Origin: a virus
Taxonomy: Duplodnaviria; Caudoviricetes
IMG/VR virus record: IMGVR_UViG_2739367553_000005
Coordinates: 1 to 64,000 of that record
Strand: one strand, 5' to 3'
DNA length: 64,000 nucleotides
How positions within the stretch are numbered: the first letter of the stretch is position 1; every line of letters begins with the position of its first letter. A model generated the notes under the pieces. That model had not been told where the DNA came from. It ran no database searches and was given only the letters and a program-made list of their open reading frames with translations. This document shows positions 38,722 to 48,509 of the stretch, in pieces. Position numbers and translations under genes: made by a program.

Positions 38722-40437
38722 TTAAAATGGTCGCTTCATGGCCTTTGCTTCTGCGGTAAAACCACCCTCAATAAATCTTTCTAATTGGCTTAGGCTATCG
38801 GGGCTGTCATCATGCGGATTGTCACCGATTTGAACAAATGTAGTGAGCTCGTCCATAGCATCATTATATTCCTGAGTTCGCATGTATCTATGAATTCCCG
38901 GAGGGTCATTCTTTGCAGCCTCTTTAATAAGTTGATTTGGTGCCAAGAAAATAAACCTCCGCTTAATATCGCCAGAATACTGAATGATTTTCGCCATCTT
39001 CGCCATCTTATTTGGTGCCTTTGTGGAAGTAATTGAACATTTATACCCCTGACGAATTAAATCATCATTCACATACTTAGCGTACATTTCACCACCGTTG
39101 TTCGCTTCAAAGTTTATCTGCTGAATTTTGTTTCCAACAATCTTCCCTTCAACAACGGGTATAGTAACCTCTTTAATGCCCTTATTAAAAACCCAGTCTG
39201 GTAGATACACATCTCCATTTTCATATTCAAATCCAATTGGCATGGAAAGAGCGTCACCACCACCCCAAGCCACATCACACGCTGTAACTACACGAACAAA
39301 ACCACTCTCGGGCAATATTCCAAAAAAGAATCTAAGCTCGTCTTCTGGAAATAACAATCCCTCTCGAATAAATGGATTTTGCTGATACTTTGCCATCCAT
39401 TCATTTTTATCCAGCCTATCTTTCATATCAAGATAATACTTTGTTGAAAATCCCTTTATCTCGTATTGGAAATTTGATTCTTCCTTTTCATTTAATGCTG
39501 GTATTTTTCGAAATCGGAATCTTGTATTGTAGGCATTTTCTTTTTCAATTTTACCCAAGGGATCTATTGTATTCCACCTAGTCCCCACCATTAGTTCCCT
39601 TGCCCCGTCATTTTTACGGTCGACCATCTTATTCAAATATTCCTGATAGGTATTCTCCATACGAATCGGATTTAATGAATGCTCACGATCTCGGATAAGG
39701 TCATCTACGTAAAGGTAACCATCTGCAGATATATCAACAGCACCGGTCCATGTGCCATCAATACCACGGCATGTGAGACTGGCAAAGCGATCTGGTTCTC
39801 CCAGGTTGATTTCCAAATCTTCTGCACTTGTCTTCTGCAGCTTAGAATCCGGGAATATCTCAGCAAAAGTGTATTCCTTTGTATTTATAAGGTTTATAGC
39901 TTCACCATAGAAACCTTTTGCCAGCTTTCCGGAATGGCCGCCCATGGCATTATGACTGTTAGGACGCTTTCCAATAATCCAAGCCATGAAGAAAATGCAT
40001 ATAGTACTCTTTCCAACACGAGAGGGCATTGAAAGGCCGTAAAAGTCAAGTTTTTTATCTTCCAGATCCTGAAGATCATCGGCAACCACCTTCAGCGTAT
40101 TTCGCCGTGGAAGATAAAAACGCTTATCTGGCTTCCGGTCCTTCTCCATGTAAATCAAAAACGATTCAAACAGGAACGGAGCTTCAAAGAGCAAAGTTTT
40201 CCAGTACAGGTCATCCCATCGGGTATCCATGGTTTGGACAAACCTTGTGACCGCCCATTTCTTTATAAACCCGGAATAAGCCATGATAAAATCCCGGTTA
40301 TCAACCGGCAAATCCGGATTATCTTGCATTGTATATTGAAGTTCTGATAACAGAATGTTTAGAATGTCGTAAGAAGGCGGCGTTTCAATTTGCCGCTTTA
40401 ATTTTTTGATTATTTCCCGGTGCTCATGGAAATCCAT
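38722..40437 (-). CDS. terL: terminase large subunit
   Basis: Walker A SMPSRVGKST, YVDDLI, GTRWN, ACDVAWGGGD, PHDDSPDS nuclease motifs. Confidence 0.92.
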   Translation of the reverse strand: MDFHEHREIIKKLKRQIETPPSYDILNILLSELQYTMQDNPDLPVDNRDFIMAYSGFIKKWAVTRFVQTMDTRWDDLYWKTLLFEAPFLFESFLIYMEKDRKPDKRFYLPRRNTLKVVADDLQDLEDKKLDFYGLSMPSRVGKSTICIFFMAWIIGKRPNSHNAMGGHSGKLAKGFYGEAINLINTKEYTFAEIFPDSKLQKTSAEDLEINLGEPDRFASLTCRGIDGTWTGAVDISADGYLYVDDLIRDREHSLNPIRMENTYQEYLNKMVDRKNDGARELMVGTRWNTIDPLGKIEKENAYNTRFRFRKIPALNEKEESNFQYEIKGFSTKYYLDMKDRLDKNEWMAKYQQNPFIREGLLFPEDELRFFFGILPESGFVRVVTACDVAWGGGDALSMPIGFEYENGDVYLPDWVFNKGIKEVTIPVVEGKIVGNKIQQINFEANNGGEMYAKYVNDDLIRQGYKCSITSTKAPNKMAKMAKIIQYSGDIKRRFIFLAPNQLIKEAAKNDPPGIHRYMRTQEYNDAMDELTTFVQIGDNPHDDSPDSLSQLERFIEGGFTAEAKAMKRPF

Positions 40438-40870
40438 AGAAAAAGAGCCTCCTTTCCCTTGTGTTTAACAAAGGTCCGAAGGCTCACTAGGCTCTGGTTT
40501 AAATCAGACATATTACTAATTATTTAAACTTGATTATTGATGATTTTTTAGCCGTATCACAGACTATGCTAATGGCGTTAAATATAAATCTATATACAAG
40601 AAATATAAATAAAAGCAATGTTATAGAATACATACGTAAAGTGACAGCTATAACAAAGCTTAAGCTCAAATTTATTATGCATATAGACCTGCATAAAGAA
40701 ATAAAATCCACATCAATAGATTTATCCAAAAAGCTGTCAGTTTTAATGGCTAACTCAAAAGAGCTGCAATACTGCAAATTGCTTTTTAATGAAACCTTTA
40801 AATCATTAAATATACTATATCCACTACAAGGGACCAATATCCGTTTGTTTTCTTGATCGACTTTACATAT

Positions 40871-41317
40871 TTATGTATTATTATTTATAGTAAGTTCAGT
40901 ACTTCCCTTGGTCTTAACCAAATCAATTACACCAGTTGACTTAGAATGTACGTCATAAACAATTTCAATTTTATCTTTTGTTAATATCAGCTCTTTTAAT
41001 CCAACGCTTCCCTTATCTGAATCATAAGTTATATTATTTAATTGTATAGTCTTAGTATCAATCCAGAATGCATTTTTTTCGGACATAGGAATAAACACTT
41101 TTCCTATTACCATTTTTAAATAATTAAAATCAATATTATGCGTTCCGTTATAATTAAATTTCAAAATAATTTCTATTGCTTTCCAGCTTTTACACAAAGC
41201 CTCTTTATTAGTATATTTCTTTTTGATTTTGTAATAGTAAAATATCAATATCATGACTGAAATTAAAAGCGCTAACAGTATTAAAACATTTATCTTTAGT
41301 ATAGATAACCACTTCAT
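40871..41317 (-). CDS. hypothetical membrane-anchored protein
   Basis: N-terminal hydrophobic helix, AAGGTG RBS. Confidence 0.6.
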   Translation of the reverse strand: MKWLSILKINVLILLALLISVMILIFYYYKIKKKYTNKEALCKSWKAIEIILKFNYNGTHNIDFNYLKMVIGKVFIPMSEKNAFWIDTKTIQLNNITYDSDKGSVGLKELILTKDKIEIVYDVHSKSTGVIDLVKTKGSTELTINNNT

Positions 41318-41329
41318 TTGTGCACCTTC

Positions 41330-41614
41330 CTATTTTTTATTAAGTATAGCATAACTCCAAAAGAAATGGCAATTACTCACTTCCACAACAAACTCTTTAT
41401 TGCACTTATTATTTTTGCACTTGAAAGGTAGATTGTGTATTCTAGTTTCAGGCAAAATTTTAAGTGCCTTCTTGTCACACCATGGACAAACTGCCCAACG
41501 GCTCCCATCTGGCAGTACTCTTATATCTGCCTGCCCTCCATCTTCTGGAGGATTCATGACACTGCCAAATGCATCATGTTCTATTGATTCAATTACTTTA
41601 CTTATGTTAATCAC
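41330..41614 (-). CDS. small Cys-rich (zinc ribbon) phage protein
   Basis: CPWC...CKNNKC. Confidence 0.65.
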   Translation of the reverse strand: MINISKVIESIEHDAFGSVMNPPEDGGQADIRVLPDGSRWAVCPWCDKKALKILPETRIHNLPFKCKNNKCNKEFVVEVSNCHFFWSYAILNKK

Positions 41615-41667
41615 CTCGCTTTTTCAATAAAAAACCAACCACCGAGTATTGATGGTTGGATATCACA

Positions 41668-42183
41668 TTATTTAAGCCTTTTTTTCTTGCAATACATATT
41701 ATCTACGAACAGTTGAATAAACACTGCAACTACCATAGAAAAAAAGACAGGTATACCTATATGAATTAACAATACTGCAATTAAAGGTATTGCTGCTTGT
41801 GTACAATAAGCAATTGATCCACACAATTTAACAGAGCCTTGGACAAACCATTTCAATATTATTATTAATACTATGAAGTGAATTATAATCGTAATTGGCT
41901 CATATATATCTACCTGCTTTTCTCCGCTGATCAAAAACCAAAACGAAATTGTTAATATAGATTTAACAAGATCTTTTAGTGTATCAAAAAGAAAATCTTT
42001 TATTTTTGCATTATTATCTTTAAATTTTAATACCCCAGTAGCCCAAAATAATGCCGCTACAATTTGGTAACTACCAAGTAAAGAACTATTTTGCTCTAAT
42101 TTATATTTACCAAGTAAGGTTAGTGAAATAAAAAAAATAATATCAATCAAAATATCAGTCAAAGCTACAACTTTCTTTTTCAT
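41668..42183 (-). CDS. multi-pass membrane protein (accessory)
   Basis: about five hydrophobic helices; start MKKKVV after GGAGT. Confidence 0.7.
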   Translation of the reverse strand: MKKKVVALTDILIDIIFFISLTLLGKYKLEQNSSLLGSYQIVAALFWATGVLKFKDNNAKIKDFLFDTLKDLVKSILTISFWFLISGEKQVDIYEPITIIIHFIVLIIILKWFVQGSVKLCGSIAYCTQAAIPLIAVLLIHIGIPVFFSMVVAVFIQLFVDNMYCKKKRLK

Positions 42184-42258
42184 TCGTAATACTCCATTCA
42201 TTCATGATACAATGACTATATCATACCAACCACCAATATTCAATTTCCAATGTTCAAA

Positions 42259-42329
42259 TTGGGCTGCCCGGATTCGAACCAGGAAATGCAGGAATCAAAT
42301 CCTGTGCTTTACCATTTGGCAATAGCCCA
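42259..42329 (-). tRNA. tRNA-Gln(UUG)-like; anticodon loop one base short
   Basis: TGGGCTATTGCCAAATGGTAAAGCACAGGATTTGATTCCTGCATTTCCTGGTTCGAATCCGGGCAGCCCAA; GGTTCGAATCC T-arm; no encoded CCA. Confidence 0.75.
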
Positions 42330-42345
42330 TAAGTAGATCAGCTTC

Positions 42346-42666
42346 CTAACAATTATTGCGACAGTGATATGATCCCCCTACCATCAAGTTAATTTCTTTT
42401 TCACTGAATCCGCACTTGTCCAGCCTGCGGACCGCCTTATATTTTTCTTTTGGATGCAAATTTTTATATACCTGGCGAATCACCTGTAGGCTTTTGGAGA
42501 TTCCGTCAACAAGTTTCAGCAACATATCTCTTACAATCTCAATTACCTCTTTCGCGGTTTGGCTGGCCTTTACGATTGACCTCTTGAACTCAATTACCTG
42601 TATTCCTGTATGTACTATTTCCTCTTTCTGCTGTTCTGAGAAACACATCATATCTGCTACCTCCAT
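42346..42666 (-). CDS. hypothetical phage protein
   Basis: ORF ending CRNNC, coupled with neighbours. Confidence 0.55.
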   Translation of the reverse strand: MEVADMMCFSEQQKEEIVHTGIQVIEFKRSIVKASQTAKEVIEIVRDMLLKLVDGISKSLQVIRQVYKNLHPKEKYKAVRRLDKCGFSEKEINLMVGGSYHCRNNC

Positions 42667-42827
42667 ATCGGCGCCAAAGCCAGAATATACATGATTGCCA
42701 TAACACCAAATCCGACCGTTGCTGCCTTATTTCTTTTCCAGATCAGCCCTCTAGAGAACCAAAGAATGAAAATCACCATGAATACATTCCAGGCTGTTAC
42801 AATCCATTTCAATGCTTCCATATCCAT
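42657..42827 (-). CDS. small two-TM membrane protein (56 aa, not in ORF track)
   Basis: MDMEALKWIVTAWNVFMVIFILWFSRG...; AGAGGGG RBS. Confidence 0.55.
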   Translation of the reverse strand: MDMEALKWIVTAWNVFMVIFILWFSRGLIWKRNKAATVGFGVMAIMYILALAPIWR

Positions 42828-43225
42828 CACCCCTCTTTTACATCTGCCAAATCAAATACGATACCTCTGCAGTACGGTTCTTCATTTTCATAAATCATAA
42901 ATGTTTCATGGGGGATATCCGTTTTATATGTCCATGTAATCATATTTCCATTTTCATCTAATGCAGCTTTATCGCACCACAAGGCTTCAATATAGTTTGC
43001 AAGCTCTAAACCATCTTGAGATACACCGGTCCTATCAAAAAATACCTTTCCACCATCAAAGCAGCCGCCCTCATCATAAATTGCTCCATCAAACTCGATC
43101 AAGTCATCAGAAGCACCACTGACGATTACGAGACCGGCATCTATGGCAGCACGCCTCACGTCTCTGAAGATCTCATAGCCGTATTCTCGACCATTTATTA
43201 ATTGTGCCAATTCTTTCTTGTCCAT
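42827..43225 (-). CDS. conserved hypothetical phage protein
   Basis: GLVIVSGASDDLIEFDGAIYDE, WTYKTDIPHETF, YCRGIVF. Confidence 0.7.
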   Translation of the reverse strand: MDKKELAQLINGREYGYEIFRDVRRAAIDAGLVIVSGASDDLIEFDGAIYDEGGCFDGGKVFFDRTGVSQDGLELANYIEALWCDKAALDENGNMITWTYKTDIPHETFMIYENEEPYCRGIVFDLADVKEG

Positions 43226-43237
43226 GGATATCTCCTT

Positions 43238-43609
43238 TCAAAATTCATAGTCCTTAGGGCCACATTCCGGATCTTCTACGGGATCTGGTTCTTTACCAAC
43301 TATCCTGTTTGCTAATTCCAGCGCCATCTGGTCATAAGGGATTGAACCATCTGTTTCTTGTAAATATCCATAGATAGAAGCAACTAAAGCATTATACCAG
43401 TCGCCTTTCTGCAAAAACTCAGCCCTGACCACCTCTGCAGCTTCTTGGAGACAGCCGTCACTTTCAATGCTTTCGCTGTTCATCCATTCCACAAACTGCA
43501 TGAAAAAAGTATTTGAATTAGTTTTCATAATTTCTTCATTCGCTGCGATTACCTTATAATTTTTCACTTTTCTTACCTCCCACAATAAGTTCAACGAGTT
43601 GCTTTGCAT
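43238..43609 (-). CDS. hypothetical phage protein
   Basis: ORF coupled to neighbours; true start probably downstream. Confidence 0.5.
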   Translation of the reverse strand: MQSNSLNLLWEVRKVKNYKVIAANEEIMKTNSNTFFMQFVEWMNSESIESDGCLQEAAEVVRAEFLQKGDWYNALVASIYGYLQETDGSIPYDQMALELANRIVGKEPDPVEDPECGPKDYEF

Positions 43610-43665
43610 CCAGGTGCTGGAACTTGATTTAACTAATATAATTCTATTACTTTCGTGTTGCTTAA

Positions 43666-43694
43666 TTGACAGAATTTGGCAATAGTAGTAAAAT
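43666..43694 (+). promoter_or_regulatory. sigma-A promoter of the HNH operon
   Basis: TTGACA-N17-TAAAAT. Confidence 0.8.
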
Positions 43695-43751
43695 AATACG
43701 CAAAGAAATAATACTTTAATCGAAACAAAAACTTTAAAAGGGAGGACGCTT

Positions 43752-44147
43752 ATGGGCTTTCTTGATGGTTTTATGCAAGGCTTTAAAAATAATCAAAGCA
43801 ATAAAGAAATTGTAGATATGTACCATGAAATAAACGAACTTGATACTAACTACAGGGATAAAGCTTTTAACAATGCTACATCTAAAAATGGCTGGTATAA
43901 ATGTCCGAAATGCGGTAAAAATTTTAGAAAATCTGAAATTGACATTGACCATATTGTACCTAAAAGCCAAGGCGGCGATAATTCACGTTACAATTTACAA
44001 TTGCTTTGTTATCACTGCAACCGTTCGAAGCAAGCAGATACATCAGACACATCTTCGGATTTAAAAAAACGCCGCAACGAGCTTAATCAACAGGATAAAG
44101 AAGATCTAAATTTTTTAAATAATATATCCAAAAATTCAAGGAGGTAA
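43752..44147 (+). CDS. HNH endonuclease
   Basis: CPKCG, DIDHIVPKSQGG, NLQLLCYHCNRSK; GGAGG RBS. Confidence 0.85.
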   Translation: MGFLDGFMQGFKNNQSNKEIVDMYHEINELDTNYRDKAFNNATSKNGWYKCPKCGKNFRKSEIDIDHIVPKSQGGDNSRYNLQLLCYHCNRSKQADTSDTSSDLKKRRNELNQQDKEDLNFLNNISKNSRR

Positions 44148-44151
44148 CATT

Positions 44152-44370
44152 ATGTCATTTTTTGAAAGCTTAGGTAAGGTAGTTGGTAGCGTTGCTGGAG
44201 CTGCTTGTGATGAACTTCAGGCCAAAAACGAACGTATTCAAAATTATAAAGATAGGCATGATAGGTTAGATGATGAAAGTCTTATTAATAAAACTAAAAG
44301 TAGTCATGGAGATGAGAAAATTGCCTGTATGATGCTTTTAAAAGAACGAGGATATGGTAATAATAATTAA
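44152..44370 (+). CDS. small hypothetical protein co-transcribed with the HNH gene
   Basis: GGAGG RBS; followed by hairpin ACAGCACC...GGTGCTGT (44373-44398). Confidence 0.7.
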   Translation: MSFFESLGKVVGSVAGAACDELQAKNERIQNYKDRHDRLDDESLINKTKSSHGDEKIACMMLLKERGYGNNN

Positions 44371-44458
44371 TCAACAGCACCTCTCTGTGGGGTGCTGTTC
44401 TTATATTATGCCCCATCGGATTCATATTAATATAGTTCATACTATACCTCCATCAATC

Positions 44459-44662
44459 CTAGTTCTCCCATTCAACATTAACTCTCAGAAACTTAATTCC
44501 TGCTTTCTTTCCGGAGTAACAATGTGATATAGTAATTAACACATATCCAATACTTAATCCAGACCAGTCAGCCAGTTCTCTTGACGTATCTGCCACATAA
44601 AGCGGCAACTCATATTCATCGGTTTCTACTGCCATGTACAGTTTTTTCTTCATAGCAAACAA
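44459..44662 (-). CDS. conserved hypothetical phage protein
   Basis: YMAVETDEYELP..VADT..ELA motif. Confidence 0.65.
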   Translation of the reverse strand: MFAMKKKLYMAVETDEYELPLYVADTSRELADWSGLSIGYVLITISHCYSGKKAGIKFLRVNVEWEN

Positions 44663-44669
44663 CCCTTAT

Positions 44670-45119
44670 TCATTTTTTAAGAAAAATTGAAATCCATCTT
44701 CTGGACTGGACACGATTCACAACTGTCACCGTATCCCCATCTTTTTCAATCTCTACATTGCAGTTATACTGGAGAATAGTTCGTCTGAACTTTCTGGCCA
44801 GATCATCATCTAGCAGGTTATAAATCATATACAGATTCCCGGCTTTATCTATAATAGGCTTCTTGCCTTCGGGAATCTCACTTTCCAGGCACTGAATAAT
44901 TGCTCCTCGGGTATGTCTGCCAAAATAGAAAAACAACCAACCGGCTAATGGCCACTTTCCGTCATTCAGAAAGTATGGGTCATATCTGGGAATCCACCAA
45001 GGTTTATTTAAAGAGAACTGAACGTACCATTCATAGCATTCCTGAGTTTTGAAATTCGCAAAAGCAAACAGGAAAGTTCCTCTATGTCTTTTGGCGAACA
45101 ATAGTTTTCGATTAAACAT
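44670..45119 (-). CDS. hypothetical phage protein
   Basis: 149 aa ORF with RBS. Confidence 0.6.
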   Translation of the reverse strand: MFNRKLLFAKRHRGTFLFAFANFKTQECYEWYVQFSLNKPWWIPRYDPYFLNDGKWPLAGWLFFYFGRHTRGAIIQCLESEIPEGKKPIIDKAGNLYMIYNLLDDDLARKFRRTILQYNCNVEIEKDGDTVTVVNRVQSRRWISIFLKK

Positions 45120-45185
45120 TAATGTATCCTCCTGAGGTAAGGCCTTTTTAGTTTTTTGAATTTTTTTAAATCACTTTAGGAATCA

Positions 45186-45620
45186 TCATATCAGATAGAG
45201 ATTATTTTCTATAGCCCGACATTTCAGCTCATACATTTCTTTTTCCTGTTCTTCTTTTCGTTTAACATAAGCTGGATTATATTGTCTTTCAAATCTTTGA
45301 GTATAATATGTAAAAACCTTTGCAGTGTTTAAAGCTGGTTTCCAAAGGTTTATATACCACGTTTCATAAATGTCTCGATCCACAGCATCTTCTAGAATTG
45401 CAAAACGGTATTTCTTGAAATTATGTTTAACGTCGCCAGTATGCTCATTACCAGTTATATGTCCCCTAACCCTTGACAGCAAATGCTCACTATTCCCAAC
45501 ATACATTAATTCATTATCATCATTGTAAAAGAAATATAAGCCAGAAGAATACTTGTCTAAATCATGGTAATCACCAACATTATAAAACTCGCTTAAAGAT
45601 AACTCCTGAAGCATTATCAT
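45186..45620 (-). CDS. GIY-YIG nuclease-family protein
   Basis: SGLYFFY...MYVGNS..L.SRV..H; ETWYINLWKPALN. Confidence 0.8.
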   Translation of the reverse strand: MIMLQELSLSEFYNVGDYHDLDKYSSGLYFFYNDDNELMYVGNSEHLLSRVRGHITGNEHTGDVKHNFKKYRFAILEDAVDRDIYETWYINLWKPALNTAKVFTYYTQRFERQYNPAYVKRKEEQEKEMYELKCRAIENNLYLI

Positions 45621-46040
45621 TTTATAGTTCCTCCCCTATTTATCTAATTCTTGATTAGTTACAGCAAATCTATCAGATGCAAAACTCATTACTTCAATTC
45701 ATAAAAGGCCTTTTTATCTTTGAGAAAACTCAGGCAGCTAACTACGCCCAGAAAGCCATTTCTGTATACCCCCTCTAGCCCCATATCTTCACCAAATCAC
45801 TACCTAGACTCTATCTTTAAATATTGCATAAATCCAATGCATTTTTTTAAGCACATTATACAAAGCAAAAGGATTGTATTTGATTACTCATCTCAACTAT
45901 TCGTTAAATTACCGTTTAACGCAGTCTTGACCTTAAAATATGCACAAAATTATTGGTGATTAATATGCACATTGTATAAGTCCTATTGAATTTTATCTTT
46001 TGTATGAGTAAATTTAGATATTGTCAGAATATTCGATATG

Positions 46041-46673
46041 TTAATCCGGTAATTCGTCAGCCGATTCCGGCAGCAGGTCAACTGTGTGAGCCCTGGCTTC
46101 TATCTCCTCGCGGCTTACTGTTATGCGTGCCGTTCCGTCTGCTCCTCTTGGTTGCCCCATGTTCCACCCATAATGTCGGTTGAGCGCCGGGAGTATTTTC
46201 ATGGGGTTTGAGCCACCAGAAATCAATTTGTTGCTCAAACTTTCTTCTCTTTCGGAGTTGAGTTTTTTGTATATCTCGGAGGCACCAGAAGCGACTTGTG
46301 TCTCATTATTGCCCCAAGAATAGAAAGTATCTTGATTAATACCAGTAAGCTTAGAGAAACCAATAATACTAATCTCCTTGTCATATTCATAACAGAGAGT
46401 TATATAAACATCACATATATTACTAATAAGGTCTATATTATAAGCATTACTTACTCTGCTATCTATAATTAACTTATCTTTATTAACACCAAATAAAGCT
46501 TTATTTATATATATAAGGGCAGCATTCCAACGACTCTGGGGTTCCTTACGCATATCAGAGATACCACGTCCCTCTATGTATTCTTGGAGATATAGAGATA
46601 TCTCATTTTCAAAGACATCAACTGTATTCCCATCAGTATCAGCTACAGTAGTGTAATTAATATTATCTGACAT
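46041..46673 (-). CDS. probable terminase small subunit / DNA packaging protein
   Basis: ISIIGFSKLTGINQDTFYSW HTH, ALNRHYGWN; head of the gene run leading to terL. Confidence 0.55.
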   Translation of the reverse strand: MSDNINYTTVADTDGNTVDVFENEISLYLQEYIEGRGISDMRKEPQSRWNAALIYINKALFGVNKDKLIIDSRVSNAYNIDLISNICDVYITLCYEYDKEISIIGFSKLTGINQDTFYSWGNNETQVASGASEIYKKLNSEREESLSNKLISGGSNPMKILPALNRHYGWNMGQPRGADGTARITVSREEIEARAHTVDLLPESADELPD

Positions 46674-47091
46674 AATGTTTTATATCTCCTTTCTGGCTCT
46701 TATACAGGTATATATAAAAGCTTTATATATTTATTATCTGGGTAGATACCACAGATTTATTAATCTTTAATTACCTGATCTGATAATGCCAGGGTTATCC
46801 GGTCAACAGGATCAGGAATTACTTGGTTCAAAAGTTCCAAACATTCATTCCGTTGCTCTGGATTGGTGCATTTCCCAGTGTCATTAAACCTGCAGCTTTC
46901 CCGGCTACACTTATCACTTATTCCCTGCATATCATCAACTCCTTGATTTTTAGATTCACTCTGATTCTGCTCTAACTGTGCTATGACAAATAGATTTAAA
47001 ATCCATTCTGACGTTCAAATTCGCCCCGTTCGCCGTTCTAAATGTCTTCCGTGGATATTTTCTCACCTGCCAATTTAAAATCGATTTACGG

Positions 47092-47274
47092 TCAAATAAA
47101 AAAGCCGCCACCTATTGCAAGATACGTTTGCAACGGGTCACGGCTCCGAGAGCTACCAAGCACCGGGGTGGACAAGTCAACACTCCCTGTATATGTATAT
47201 ATTAACGTGGCTATATACTGCCTTCTTTTAGTTGTCATTGACTATACCTTACCAGACAATTAAATAACTGTCAA
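47092..47274 (-). ncRNA. candidate sRNA with its own promoter and terminator
   Basis: TTGACA-N17-TAAGGT (47274-47246), ~140 nt, ending in an AGCCG...CGGCT stem and TTTTTTATTT. Confidence 0.4.
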
Positions 47275-47617
47275 TATCTGGTATAAAGTTTTTTTATGTA
47301 CCCCTATATAGTTATTATACTTACCTCAGGGGATACAGAAAGCCTAAGAGTATATTATTAATAACACAATATGTCTATATATATTTTATAATATATAGGG
47401 CTAAAAAATGCATATTTTTGAATATAAAAAGCAGGCTTCAAAGCTTTTTACTGCTCTTCTGCCTGCCTAATAAAATCACCATGATAAATTCTCAATGTCC
47501 GGAAGATATACCCTTGAGTATTTCTTGTAGAGCCCCCTCGGCTTTTTTAGATTAGCATAAAATGAATTTCAAATCAACCCTTGACAAGAAATTATGTTTG
47601 TGCTATTTGTATTATAA

Positions 47618-47693
47618 CAGCCACCGGCATGGCTGCCCCCAAACGGTATGCCGGAGAGGTTCGGCCTTGCAGATGATGCAGGGCTTTTCTTTT
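47618..47693 (+). ncRNA. candidate pseudoknot sRNA
   Basis: TTGACA at 47581; S1 CAGCC/GGCTG, S2 CCGGCAT/ATGCCGG; terminator GCCTTGCA/TGCAGGGC+TTTTCTTTT; no ORF. Confidence 0.55.
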
Positions 47694-47737
47694 GTCTGAA
47701 AATAACTCAAAAATCACAATGAGAATTATATGAATCT

Positions 47738-48145
47738 TTATAATAAAAATTTATCGGAAATATCATCATATGGATATATTATTGTCACGTCGCCTTTTTC
47801 ATCAATTAAAAGTATATGTAATTTTATTAACTGCCGGAAATAATCAGGAATTAATTTACATTGTCTTTTATATTTAATGTGCTTAGGCACTGCTATCGAA
47901 TAAATTGACAAATCGTTTTTCATGCTTTTAATTAGCTGTCCCAGGCAGGTATTGAAATCCAATCCAACTGAACTTGTAATTCCTTTAGCTTCGACTATCC
48001 AGCACTCATCATTCTTTCTTGCAATTAAATCAACTTGGTTTAAAGTATCAATTTCATAGCCTAAGTCATTAAAATATTTTTCAATAGAAAACTGTATAAA
48101 AGCTTCGTTTGGATATGAATTATCTTTTTTAAAATATTTATTCAT
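47738..48145 (-). CDS. PD-(D/E)XK restriction-endonuclease-like protein
   Basis: QVDLIARK...IVEAKG, FNTCLGQL. Confidence 0.65.
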   Translation of the reverse strand: MNKYFKKDNSYPNEAFIQFSIEKYFNDLGYEIDTLNQVDLIARKNDECWIVEAKGITSSVGLDFNTCLGQLIKSMKNDLSIYSIAVPKHIKYKRQCKLIPDYFRQLIKLHILLIDEKGDVTIIYPYDDISDKFLL

Positions 48146-48226
48146 AAATTTGACCTTGAATTAATAATCACGAGTTTATAGTTACAATTCAAACATTTAA
48201 AGAGCCAGCAACCGCCGACCCTTAAA

Positions 48227-48484
48227 TTATATTCGTTCTATCCCGTATTCATAAATCGTATCACTTGGCAAATCAATTTCATCGGTCCAAAATACGCAAG
48301 TCCGACTTTCGTCAACCTGGACCTGCTGGAACAATCCATAAATATTTTTCAGATCTGCAAACTGTGCTATGTTGCCGATGTCTTCTTTAACGTCATATAA
48401 CACTTCTTTGCCATCGTCAAAAATCACTTGTAATAAATAATCATCTAATGGCTTTAATTCTTTTATTCTTGGTATCATTCCCAC
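48227..48484 (-). CDS. DUF2442 antitoxin-like protein
   Basis: IKELKPLDDYLLQVIFDDG, VFWTDEIDLPSDTIYE. Confidence 0.85.
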   Translation of the reverse strand: MGMIPRIKELKPLDDYLLQVIFDDGKEVLYDVKEDIGNIAQFADLKNIYGLFQQVQVDESRTCVFWTDEIDLPSDTIYEYGIERI

Positions 48485-48509
48485 ACCTCCAGACGGGCGA
48501 AAAAGCCGC

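Noticed and set aside
40520-40856. Two overlapping antiparallel ORFs (105 and 108 aa)
   Set aside because: No motifs or clear RBS; cannot decide which, if either, is real.
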